DNA from: Gracilinanus agilis
Lineage: Eukaryota
Assembly (NCBI RefSeq): GCF_016433145.1
Contig: NC_058133.1
Coordinates: forward strand, 246,778,201 to 246,841,389
Length of the DNA stretch: 63,189 nt
Direction of reading: 5' to 3'
Shown: piece by piece, positions 48,401 through 60,602 of the stretch
Position numbering within the stretch: position 1 is the stretch's first letter
How the letters are laid out: the number at the start of each line of letters is the position of its first letter
Notes under the pieces: model-generated
The model's database searches: none
What the model was told of the DNA's origin: nothing
What the model saw: the letters and a program-made list of their open reading frames with translations, nothing else
Program-made: the position numbers and the translations under genes

Positions 48401-50462
48401 TGGTCCCATCAAATTTATGTCTGAGTGTAGCATAATTGCCAAGTAAGAACTTCTGCTAGACTAGGGTCCCAAAGATCTTTTCTGGTTCCATAGGGTATTG
48501 ATACTACCTTAGCTTGTATTCTGGAACACCAAGGGTGCCAGAACATCTTTCAAACCCATTAAGTCATGAGGATCTACTTTCAACTAGAACAATTACAGAG
48601 GCCAAAAACCAAGCCCCATTTTTCAGAATCCTCTTGACTTCAGAGGAGAGAGGACCCTAAGGTCTCATCCTTTATAGCATGGTCTCTCCCCAAATTCTGT
48701 GGGTAGAAAAATCAAAATCCTCTGAGAACTACTGAGGCAAAAGAGAAGGTGGCTGAGACCGATAGGACCTTCTCAAAATATCCAAGGTCAATCAAAGGAT
48801 CTTTACATCCCCAAATGGTTAACTAACCAGAACCAATTACAGACTATCTACAATTGCTCTGTGGTTTCTTCAAGATACTTCCTTTTAACATCATCACAAT
48901 TATCCAGGAAGCAAGCCTCCTCACTTCCGCTATGTAGAAAATTTGTATCAGCCAAGCAAACTGATAGGGCCTTCACATGCCAGACCCACATCATGCTGAG
49001 AAAGACAAGAGAAGGGCCTAGGCTTGTCTCCTTGCAAATGAAAGGCGTGGTCAATTGTAAATGTGGACCAAGGCTGCTGGTCATCTGTACCTGAACCTGT
49101 TCTTTGCTGGGAAACATACCAGAAACTTAACTACATCTCAAACAAATATCCTTCTACTGATCTTAATAACATGCTGGGAAAAGTCACATTACTATGATGA
49201 ATGAATCCACTATAAATTTGCACAACGCAAACTAAACTGGGTCCTCTCTGAAGCAAGGCAACCCCTTTATTCCTTCTAGTTTCACTTTCCTCAGAAGCTA
49301 TTCCAAATTTCTCTTTAAGCCTCCCATGCTATTTGCTCCTCCTACACTCCCTTAAGGATTTACTCCTTCATTGAGAAAACTGAGGCTATTTGCCATGAGC
49401 CCCCTCTTCTCAAAAACCTATATTAGTCTCTGCTCTCTTATTTTCCTCTATAAAGTGAAGTGTTTACAAAATATTTAGCACATTTCTTGTTACATAATAG
49501 GTATTCAATAAATGCTTATTCCCCTCCTCTGTCTGATCATCCTTCTTGCTCAGCCTAATCCTTCTATAAGTGCTCTTGGTCCCATTCCCCTATCATCTTT
49601 TCCAGTAGATTGTTCCCTTAAATTTCTTCTCTCTCTATTCTCTCTCTACCTACTATTTCCTACTTTACTGCCTTAAAACATGCCCAAATCTTCCCCATCC
49701 TTTAAAAAGAAAAACCTATATTACATCTTTCTATTCCTTAAACCATTATCCTATATTCTTCTCCCTTTCTCAACTAAATGTCTGGAAGAGTATTCTGTAC
49801 TTGATGCTGTCACTTTCCTCAACTCAACCTTTTGCAATTTGACTGCTGAGTTTGTCTCTCTATTGAAACTGTTCTCTCTCTACCTATAATCTCTTAATCA
49901 TCATAACTGATAGTCTTATTAATCCTCATCTTTCTAGGTCTCTGCTGTATTTCACTCTGCTAACTAAGCTATCTTCCTGGTTACTCTTTCCTCCTTGGGT
50001 TTTTATGATTCTATTTTCTCTTGATTCTCTTACCTGCCTAACTATTCCTCCTTAGTGATATTTGCTGACATTCAACATACCCCCAGAGATTCTATTCTAG
50101 GCCCTCTTCTTACCTCTGTCTCTTTGTGGTCTTATCAACTTCTTTGTATTTAATCATCTCTGAAGATGATTAGCTAGCTCCAGTCCTTTCTGAGCTTCAG
50201 GTTAACATCCTTAACTGCCAATTAAACATTTCAAATCTTATATCCCTTAAGCATCTCAAGCAGGACATGTTCAAAACAGAGCTCATTAGGTCTCCTCTAA
50301 AACCTACCCCTCTTTAAAATTTCCCTATTTCTATTGAAAGTGTCACTAAAGGGGACAGCTAGGTAGCTGTGGATAGAAAGCCAAGCCTAGAGATGGGAGG
50401 TCCTGGGTTCAAATATTACCTCAGATACTTCCTACCTGTGTGACCCTGGGCAAGTTACTTAA

Positions 50463-51333
50463 TGTTATGGTGATAATAACAGATAATTTGGAGAAGCAGA
50501 CAAATGTGTCAAGGCCAATAGACCTTCAAGTCACAAACACTGATTGACAAGCTTCAATGAGAAAGGAGGGGGTCAGAAACTCCTGGATCTCAAACCCCTC
50601 CCCCCAAACAGTTGCTGGTTTCAGTTGGAAGATGGAGACTGAATAAGATTCTTCTGGTAAGTTTCTGTTATGGCTGAACCCCAACGATGTTCCCTTTCTT
50701 TAATTTATATTCCTCACAGGTCTGATAGAAGAATAAGTAGAAGCTAGCTATCTAACTGATGAGGACAGAGATGATCTTCTTAAAACTGGTAGCAGACAGA
50801 ATTCAAACTAGATGAACAGATTTGAGTTGTATGTATTCCCCCAAATAATTTCCAGGCACAGATTTGAAGGTAACGGTTATATTATGAAGTAAAAGGAAAA
50901 CTAAAGGAGTTAATGAAGGGTTTGGGGATAAGGAAAGGTGACCCTGAACTATTAGGTTGAAGCTGCCCTTCCCCCCCCAAAAAAGGGGATGAAGGCACTT
51001 AACTAAAACTGGCTGTCTTGCTATTAATGAATATTTTACTCTCTAATCACTAAATATTTGTTGTATTGAAGTTGATAAAGATCAACCCTATTAAACAGGC
51101 TAACCCTTATGTAGAAACCACAATGGCTTATGCCACAATGGCCACTCAAGTGATCCCCAAGTCTGGAGTAGTAAGCAGAGTGTCTGCTCACTTCAACCTC
51201 CACCAAACAACTGTCTCAACCCTTGTCAACTGCCCCCTCACCCCAAAGTTCTCCATGGGGGTCCCCTGGAATTCTGGGTGAGGCTGTCCCTGTATCTTTG
51301 CAGGGATTCCATGCTTTCCATCTCCACATAACA
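50463..51333 (-). mobile_element. ERV 3' LTR (~870 bp)
   Basis: Perfect 7-bp terminal inverted repeat TGTTATG..CATAACA; polypurine tract AGAAAAGGGGGAA (minus) at ~51339-51351. Confidence 0.8.
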
Positions 51334-52702
51334 GTAAATTCCCCCTTTTCTATTAGGAATTTCCACTGGAAATTCTGCAGGCTTAAGATATTGTAGCACA
51401 GATTACCCTGTCTACACTAAACCTAAATGTCTTATTCCAAACCCCTTAACAGTCTTACTATGCTATTGCTTACTATACTATCTACCCCTATCTAAGGAGG
51501 GAAAAAGGAAAATTTAAACAAGGGAAAAAACAGGTTTTGGAATAAAATACAAGCATCATAACACATATAACAGATTATCACAAGCAGAAAATCCAAACTG
51601 CAACAATTATAAATTGCAAGCACTATCCCTAAAGCATGCAATGCAAACATCTTTGAAACACATTCAAAGCAAAAATGTAAAAACCTACAGATCTTCTAAA
51701 ACTTGCTCCTAACTCATAACAAAAGAAACATGGTAAAACTCTATATGCAAAATGTCATAGAACTAAATTTCCATGTTAGTACCTTACTTAAGCTAAGTTA
51801 GTGGTGTTAATAATCCTAAATTCTAATTTGTTAGTATATTAATTTTATTCTATTAGTCATAAGTATATGTACACTATATACATTACCTATTCTTATAGAC
51901 TATAGTGACTCTCCCTGACTAACTCTGTATTTCAAAGATCCCTAAAGCTATCTTTCCCTATGATGTTAGTAACTCTATACTATGGATTAGTAATTATAAT
52001 ACAGGCTATCCACAATGCCTATTTACAGATGGAAGTTCCCTTGATGTCTACCAAATCAAAAAACAAACAATGGATCTTTTGATATGTTAGAGATCCTAGG
52101 ATACTCTTCCAGTATATACAGCTATTCACATATAATACATATAATACAGAAGAAACTCTCATTTATCTACATGAGGTCTTTATTAAAAAGATGAACAATC
52201 AGTTTGTGCTGTGTCCAATGAACTAAAGAGTGCTGATGTACGTACATACTTACCCTTACTGCAAGGATCTTCTGGCCCACTGGAGAATCATAATTCTTCT
52301 TGTGTAGCCATATGTGGTGTGGCATGACACTACCATGTGATGTTTCATATGTGCAATGTAAATAACATGATATTGCTGCTCCACGTATTTCTTCCTTCCA
52401 GTACTCTTCCTGCACAGTACTTAATAAAGATTACAACACTCTTGTGATTGTCCATTCCTTGGTACTGCCTCTGCTGTGAATTTCTGCAGCTTGTTAATTT
52501 CTGTGTTCTTCATTTCTTCCTCTGTACTGCAAGCATACTTGTCTATCGTCTATTGTCTTGTCTGATGGTTGACTTGTCACCTTCTCAATAAGGAACATTA
52601 GTTGTTGTGATGTAATTGTGTTAACTTTGTATTGTTTTGTGTTGCAAAAAAATTTTGCAGTTTTTTTTCTCTTGTTTTTTCCTTTTTAGAATTTCAAGCA
52701 GT

Positions 52703-54658
52703 TCATTCATTTTCATCATAACCGTCTGTTTGCTGTGGATCTGGCAGTGCATTCATTTCATTTTGCTCTAAGTCAGGAGGTTCTTCATGATGTTCTTCAT
52801 GTACCATATGTTCTTTAACAGGCTTCACATGCGTGATGTGGAACCAAGGCTCCCTATTCTCAACTTTCACACAAGTTGGGCTAGTTAATAGCACCTGGAA
52901 AGGCCCGACCCATTTAGGGTCTAGAACAGATTTTCTTATAAAGTTCCTTATGTAGACCATGTCTCCCGGTTTAAGCTGATGTAAGCTAAAGTCTAAAGGA
53001 ACTCTCTGGGTTAACAAACCAAGTTTGTGCAATTCATCCAGTCTCTTTTTCAAAGCTTTTTATATATCTATATAGTCGACACTCAGCTCCAATGTGTGAC
53101 AAGAGAGCTGACTTCTGGGATGAACTATGCCATGGAGCGTGCCCATACAGGAGTTCATACGGTGACAATCTTGTGTCACTACAGGGTTGACTTCTTAAAT
53201 AAAAAAGAACAATGGAAAGTGCTTCTACCCATTTCAGATGGCTTTTAGAACACACTTTCCCAATGAGAGTTTTAATTCTCTTATTACAGATTTCAATTTG
53301 CCCTGAGGAAGAGGGGTGATAGACTGAATGTAAACTTCTCTTTATCCCCAAGGTCTTATAAATCTCATGCAAGATGTTCTGGGAAAAGTGTGACCCATGG
53401 TCCGAATCTATTCTAGCTGGTACAGAGAATGTTGGAACCATCTCTCTCAGAAGTGTCTTCACCACAAAGGCTGTGTTGTTTTTCTTTGCAGGGAACACTT
53501 CTGGCCATCGAGTCAACCTGTCTATGATGACTAGGGCATATTTGTATCCTTGACAATTGGGCATTGATATATAATCAATCTGCAAGCACTCAAATGGGGT
53601 ATATGCCAATTGTCTGCCTCCTAGTCCCTTAATTCTGGTCACGCCCTGATTGTATTGTAAGCAAACTTTGCATTTCTGGCATGTTCTAATTGCACATGTG
53701 GATATACCAGGAGCCGTCCAGTGTCTTCGAATACCATCCACCAAGGACTGGGTCCCATAATGGCCTTTGACATGCAATGCATTACATAGGGTATTATATA
53801 AAGATCTTGGAAGAATGGGTTTGTCCTCACTAGAAAACCATACACCGCTCACTAATTTGGCCCCTAGATTTTCTATCCAGTGCTTCACTTCCCTCGGGGA
53901 GTATGCCTGTTTTAGATTTGCTTCATCCACCAAGGAGAAATTCAGCACATGGATAGGGCCGAATCGGGCACCAAATTTGGCGGTTATATCTGCCCTCTTG
54001 TTTCCTAATGAGACTTCATCCACACCCTTTTGATGTGATTGGCAATGCATCACTGCCACTTTCTTAGGTAACTGGACAGCTTTCAGGAGTTGGTTTATAA
54101 GGCTCCCATAGGCTATCTCCTTCCCACCAGCTGTTATATATCCCCTATATTTCCAAATTTGGCCTATACAATGTACTACATTAAATGCATATTTACTATC
54201 AGTCCAAACGTTCAACCTTTGACCCTGGCCAATTTCTAAAGCTCTGGTGAGACTCAGGATTTCAGCCACTTGAGTACTCATGGACTTAAGCTGCATACCA
54301 TAAAGTCTCATCTTGAGCTACTACAGCCGTGCCTGTATACCGTTCTCCATCTACCACATACGCAGAACCATCGGTAGACAAAGTGAGATTGGGAGAGACC
54401 AAAGGAATATCGGTCAGTTCATCTCTCGTTTTCTGAACTAAGTCCAAGGTTTCTGCACAGCTATGGATGGGTTCCCCTTCTAACGGTAAGTCTGGCATTA
54501 GTGTAGCTGGGTTGATCTCCTTACAACGATGGAAATTTAGGTTCTCATTGCCCAGCAACACAATTTGATACTGGGATAAGTGCTGGGATGCGGGTTGCTG
54601 TTTTTCAAGATGGTATCTATTTGATGAGGAGAGTACAGCATAATCCTGCATCCCAAAA
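52703..54658 (-). mobile_element. pol: Class I (gamma/epsilon-like) ERV pol remnant: RT tether, RNase H, integrase
   Basis: INPATLMP, TDGSAY, NVWTDSKYAF, HHCC zinc finger, LQIDY/SDHG/QIEICN catalytic triad, GPFQVLL; frameshifts near 54290 and 53040. Confidence 0.92.
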
Positions 54659-57174
54659 CCCTTACTGCTCTTCTGCCTTGGAATCAATGCACAGTATTTA
54701 TTCCAAGATGGAAAGTCAGATAGTTTTTTAGAAAAAAAAGGAAGTGCTACCTACCATTCTTTCTAGTTCCTAATTCTGCAACCTCCACCTTACTGTCAAA
54801 TCTTCACTCTCACTTACTCTACATATCCAACAGTCACACCTTGCTACTTCTACCACAGTATTTTTCTGATCTGGCTTCTCTCTCTCTATTAATAGGCTAC
54901 TAACTTACTTCAGGCCCTCATCACTTCTATTGCAGAGTCTCCTAATTATCTCTTTGTCTCAAATCTTTCCCTTCTACAAGTCATTCTCTGCACAGCTGAC
55001 AAAATGATTTTCCCCCTTAAGTATAGATCTGGTGTCACTGTTCTACAAAATAAACTTCAGTGTCTCCCTATTACTCCTAGGATAAACTTAAAACTCCTTT
55101 TTGATCTTTAAAGTTCTTGTAACCTGGTTCCATCTTCTTTCTAGGCTCACTCTATACTATTTCTCTTCTTGTGTTCTAGCCAAATTACCCTTCTCTCTCT
55201 TCTTGATACTCTTGCACTGGTTGCCCTCTATACCTGGAATGTGCTACCTCCTCACCTCTGACTCTCACAATCCATTTTTTTCTTCATGAAGGAAAACCTT
55301 CAATATATAGGAAGCTTTTCCTGATGCCTCCAATTGTTATTCCCCTAAATAGTTATCTTTTATTTAATTATTTTGTATTATTCTTCAAATACTTACCAAT
55401 GTACAAGGTGTTCATTTAATCCTTATAAGATCTTTGAGAATTGAGTTTCACTTTTTTGTCTTTTTGTCTTTACTTCCCCAGCATCCAGAACAGTATTAAT
55501 AAATGTGTGGTGATTGATTTCCAAGAAAAATCATCTCATCTCTCTAAGCTTAAATTTTCTCATATGAAAAGGTTAAATTAGATTCTCTCTTAAGATCCAT
55601 TGAACTCTTTAGGTTTTATGACTCACTGACTTTCTCCTTTTAGGTACAGTGCATACAATACTGCCCTGTGCTGAACACTATTGGGTTGCAAAGACAGTAT
55701 GACATAATCCCTATCCTAGAGAAGGCTCTCAAACAAACAAGCCTTTGAGAGAAACAGTAGCCAGCCTATTCTCAGAATCTGAGGACTGAAAAAACTATTG
55801 AGCAACTCCCTGGAAGGTCAACCACATTCATTTTAATTTCCTAGTTCCAAGAAATTCTATAGATTCTAAGTAACAAGAGCAACTTCCTCGTTTGTTTGTT
55901 TGTTTTTTTTCTGGTGTGTATATGCCAGAAAAGGCCTGTGCCAATGCCCGTTGGCATACTCAGACAGTGGGGATGGGAAGTTGGAGAGAGAAATGTATTA
56001 CTGTATCTGTTTTCTATTTTTTGTTAGGGTTACAATCTATAGTTTGAATAGCCCAAAAGAGCCACTATTTTTACAATTCCAGGTCTCCCTTAACTAAAAA
56101 TTAAGAAGTTGGGCTAACTTCCGAAGTCTCTTTTGGATCCATCATTCTACAATTCTATGCTTCTCATACCTCAACAAAAAATGTGCAATTATATCTGCTT
56201 TTTAAAATTTTTTTTATTTTGAACTTAATAAACATCAAATAAAATAGGCATTTCTATATACATTGTAGAATGCAAAAAAAATCAACTAAATTTATTAAGT
56301 GTTTACTATGTGCTAAGTGCTAGAAATACAAATATAAGCAGGAAGGCAGTACCTGTCTTCAAAGAGTTTATATTCAAATGGGGAATAAAAGAAAGCAAGA
56401 AAACAGGAGTTTAGGAGATGAAGATCCCCAGTAATGGACATTGTCGAAAAAGTATGAGAAGACCAGTACATGAAATTGCAGATCAATTGTGCACAGTTCA
56501 CAATTGGCTTTCGAGACTGTATTTGTCTGTAATTCTCTCTGGACTTCTTTCTGTTCTATTCTCTGCATTTAAAAAAAAAATGCTTTCATGACCCTTTTCT
56601 CTGTCTGTCTTTCATCCTTTCTTCATTTCTCTCTCTCTCTTTCTCTCCTAGCCCTATCCTGGCATGCTTTTTACAATTAATATGTCTCTGTATTCAGACA
56701 TAGCTTATTTTAAACTCTGGCTATGTGAAGATTAAAGAAATGTGAGATATTCAAAAACGTGGCAGGATTTTCCTAACATACTGGAATAATTCCTAGTCCC
56801 AAGATGGGTATAGCATTTGTTCATTGTTCATGAAAGGTAAAATCTGCATTTTTTCCATATTTCCATGGTGATATATGAAAAAGGCATTACCTTCACTTAT
56901 ATTTCTATTTATATGATCATAGAACTAAAGTTGAAGGAGACCTTACCCAACCTCCTCATTTTCACAGAATCACAGAATTTGACATTTGGAAGGGTTTTCA
57001 GCAGCCATCTCCTCCAACCCACACTTGAAATTCACACTATAACATACCAGAAAAGTGACCATACGCAATTAATGTAGCCCAAAATTGGTTGAGGAAATTG
57101 AGGCTAAGAAAGATTAAATACTTTGCCCATGGTCACATAGCAAGGATATAGAATTTAAACCTAGACCAACCTGA

Positions 57175-57420
57175 CTCCTGATAACTAGGTGGTACGGTGA
57201 ATAGAGTTCCTGGTCTGAAATGAAGAAAGTTCATCTTCCTGAGTTCAAATCTAGCCTTACTAGCTGTGTGACTCTGGGCCAGACACTTAAACTTATTTGC
57301 CTTATTTCCTCATCTGTAAAATGAGCTGGGAAAGGAAATGGCAAACCACTCTAGTATCTTTGCCAAGAAAATCCCAAATGGGGTAATGAAAAGTTGGATA
57401 CAACTGAACAACAACAACAA
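57175..57420 (+). mobile_element. MIR/CORE-SINE
   Basis: TTTCCTCATCTGTAAAATGAGCTGG..GAAATGGCAAACCACTCTAGTATCTTTGCCAAG..(ACA)n. Confidence 0.85.
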
Positions 57421-58106
57421 AATCTTTACTCCAAGTTCTTGTCTAGAGCCATTATTTTTCCTTATAATTAGTGGTTAGAAGGCTAATGACTATAAAAATA
57501 AGAGGAAACCCAAAATAAAGGGACAAAAATGAATAAGTATGTAACCCTCTGTTACAGAAACTAGTAAGAATCATTCCACTATAGATCCACTGCAACTGTC
57601 TATTACTGTGCATAGAAAACTTCAGGAAGGCATCTCCCTTCATTCTATATAGAGTCAAAAGTTGTATAAAATATTTTTACTATATTATTTAATATATGCT
57701 CAGTTTGTATCTCCCTAAACATCCTATGAGTAAGGTGGGACTAGAATTATTCTTTTCTAGTTATGGGTGAGAAAATTATAGCTCATAGTGATTAAAACAC
57801 ATACTACCAATCACACGGCTAATTCATATTAGAATCAGGACCTGAACCACTGTTCTCTCCAAGAGAGCATGCTGCCTCTAAATTACATTTCCTGTCTAGG
57901 ACAAGATTTGGATCTAATTTACTGGCAATATTAAGATATTGTGTCATCTAGTAGAAGTTACTTTAAAGTGTAATCAATAAAAATAGGCTAGAAATTTGCA
58001 TGATCTATTTGAATTTGTAGAATATTATTGGAAGTATTTTGCAATAAAAGTCAAATAATAAATAAGGATGTGAACAATTTTTAAGAGAAATAAATTAAAA
58101 CTATCA

Positions 58107-58135
58107 ACTTCCGGTTTTCCGGGTTAAGATGGCGG
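58107..58135 (+). promoter_or_regulatory. L1 internal promoter start: ETS-like ACTTCCGG and YY1 site AAGATGGCGG
   Basis: ACTTCCGG 58107-58114; AAGATGGCGG 58126-58135. Confidence 0.75.
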
Positions 58136-58327
58136 CAGAGTAAAAAGCAGCGCTTAACTTCTCCTGACCGAAACACACAGGACTCCTCAAGGGGGCATAA
58201 AAACAAACCCAGTCGAACGGAGGGACCCCACAACAGGGTGCAGTGTGGAAGGTACGTGGAATCAGGACATTTCCATGCTATAAAGGGGTGAAACAGCTCT
58301 CACTAAATTGCGGGCTGAGCAACCACC

Positions 58328-58367
<40 letters not shown>

Positions 58368-58786
58368 CCTGCAGCGCCGAAGCCAGGTCAAAAGAAATAG
58401 AGCAAGCTTGGGCCACCCATCAATTCATTGGCAGCTCCAGGGCCTGTTCCTGAGAGCGGCAAGATTTGGGACCCCAAAAAGCTGAGGAACGCACACGGAC
58501 TCTGAGCGCAGATGCGGAGCACAGGTGTGGGTGGAGACGCGGGCAGAGGCGGACACAGGCAGGAGCGAAGGCTCTGAAACCCTGAGTGGGGAACCAGTGC
58601 AGTCGGGTATACAACTATGGAAGCAGCACCCTGAGACTTGTAAAGGAGCCTCCTGCAGAGGATCAAGCAAGAGGGTCCACCAAGGGGCTTGACCTTGGAA
58701 AAAACCAGACCTCAGACCTCAGGAGCCAAAAGACCGCAGACAGACCCTGAGCGCGAGGATAAAGCTGAGAAGCTGCTGGGCTAACA

Positions 58787-59900
58787 ATGGCTACCCAGAA
58801 CCAGGAAGTCCAGAAGAGAGAGAAAAAGATTAACAACAATAAAAAGAAATCTTTAACACTGGACAACTTTTACACAGAGAAAATCCAGACTACTGAGCAA
58901 TCAGAAGAGGAGAAAAAGCAAGCAATCACATCCAAACCATCCCAAGATAATCAAAACTGGTCACAAGCTCTTGAAATGTTCAAAACTGAGACGATGAGAA
59001 AGTTGGAAAAGATTTGGTCAGAGAAATGGGAAGTAGCTCAAAAGGAAATCAGGCAAGAAAATAACAGTTTAAAAGGCAGAATTTCACAATTGGAAAGTGA
59101 GGCAAGTCAACTGAAGACCAGAAATGACCAGATTGAAAAGGAGAAACCAAAAGATTATAGCCGAAAACCAAAAGATTATAGCCGAAAACCAAAAGATCAT
59201 AGCCGAAAACCAAAAGATGATAGCCGAAAACCAGTCCTTAAAGGCTAGAATTGAACAATTAGAAGCTAATGATCTCTCAAGACCACAAGAACAAATAAAA
59301 CAAAGCCAAAAGACTGAAAAAATAGAAGGAAACATAAAATATCTCAATGAGAAGGTGACAGACCAAGAAAACAGGGCTAGAAGAGACAATTTGAGAATAT
59401 TGGTCTCCCTGAAAAGGGTGAAATTAATAGAAATTTGGACTCCATACTAAAAGAAATTATTCAGCAAAATTGCCCTGAAGTTCTACAACAAGAGGGCAAT
59501 ATAGACATTGAAAGGATCCATAGATCACCCTTGACATTCAATCCAGATAAGAAAACGCCCAGGAATATAATTGCCAAATTCAAGAGCTTCCAAGTAAAAG
59601 AAAAAAATCTTACAAGAAGCCAGAAAGAGACAATTCAAATACCAAGGAGCACCAATCAGGATCACACAGGATCTGGCAGCCTCCACGCTAAAAGACCGCA
59701 AAGCTTGGAATATGATATTCAGAAAGGCAAGAGAGCTGGGCCTACAACCACGGATCAACTACCCATCAAAATTGACTATATATTTCCAGGGGAAAGTACG
59801 GGCATTCAACAAAATGGAAGATTTCCAAGTATTTGCACAGAAAAGACCAGGGCTAAATGGAAAGTTTGATATCCAACCACAAAAATCGAGAGAAACATGA
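58787..59900 (+). pseudogene. L1 ORF1 (frameshifted)
   Basis: Coiled coil, RRDNLRI, IERIHRSP, PRNIIAKF, PRINYPSKL spread over three frames. Confidence 0.9.
59144..59233 (+). repeat. 4.3 x 21-bp tandem repeat encoding ENQKIIA heptads in L1 ORF1
   Basis: AAACCAAAAGAT(T/C/G)ATAGCCGA repeated four times. Confidence 0.97.
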
Positions 59901-60602
59901 AAAGGTAAATAAGAAACAGAGGGGAAACTAAGAAAATTCATAATTTTTTAAATTTGCCTTTTTAAGGACCTCAGTAAGATCTAATTATCTGTATTCCTAT
60001 GTGGAGAAATGCTATGTATAATTATGTGTAGTGAACTCTATTCACTATTAAGTATTCACTATTATAGTGGTCAGAAGAATGATTAATGGGGAGAGGGTGG
60101 AGTGCTGAATGGTCTAAGATGATATGGGGGGTGGGAAAGAGGAGGGCGAATGAAGGTGGACACCAGGAGAAACTTGAGAGAATAAGAAAAATAGGATAAT
60201 CTATTACACAAAAAGAGGGCATGGGATGGGGAGGGGACAAATACTATTATAAGAAGGAGAGGAAGAGGTAATTTTTAAACCTTACTCTCAGTGTAATCAA
60301 CTTGGAGAGGGAAGAGTAGCTATACTATCCACTGGGATATAAAAATCTATCTAACCCTACTGAGAAAGTCAGAAGGGATAAACCAAGGGGAGTAGGGGAG
60401 TGGGGAGGTCAAAAAAGGAAGGGGAGAAGAAGGAGGAGGGAATTTATTAGGCCTTCAAAACAAAAAGAGGGGAATAACAAGGGAGGGGGTAGAAAGGGAA
60501 GTTAATCAAGGGAGGGGATAAGGGATACTGGCTTAATAGCAAACCACTGGTTTAAAAAGAAATAGTTTAAGAAGAAGGGGTAGAATAAGGGAGAATACAA
60601 AA

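Larger units (their letters stand above)
50350..54740 (+). mobile_element. SINE split by the ERV (head 50350-50462, tail ~54659-54740)
   Basis: ..GGGCAAGTTACTTAA stops at the LTR; CCCTTACTGCTCTTCTGCCTTGGAATC resumes at 54659; ~14 nt of SINE consensus missing. Confidence 0.8.
49130..55510 (+). mobile_element. Long L2 fragment split by a SINE and an ERV (parts ~49130-50349 and ~54741-55510)
   Basis: L2 ORF2 relics (CACTATAAATTTGC..AAACTGGG) and L2 3' end; sequence resumes after 54740. Confidence 0.65.

Noticed and set aside
58388-58670. ORF0-like antisense ORFs in the L1 5'UTR
   Set aside because: All three begin with TTG rather than ATG, and GC-rich UTRs give such frames by chance
59144-59233. 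CRISPR-like array
   Set aside because: Head-to-tail repeats without spacers, in a eukaryotic L1 ORF1
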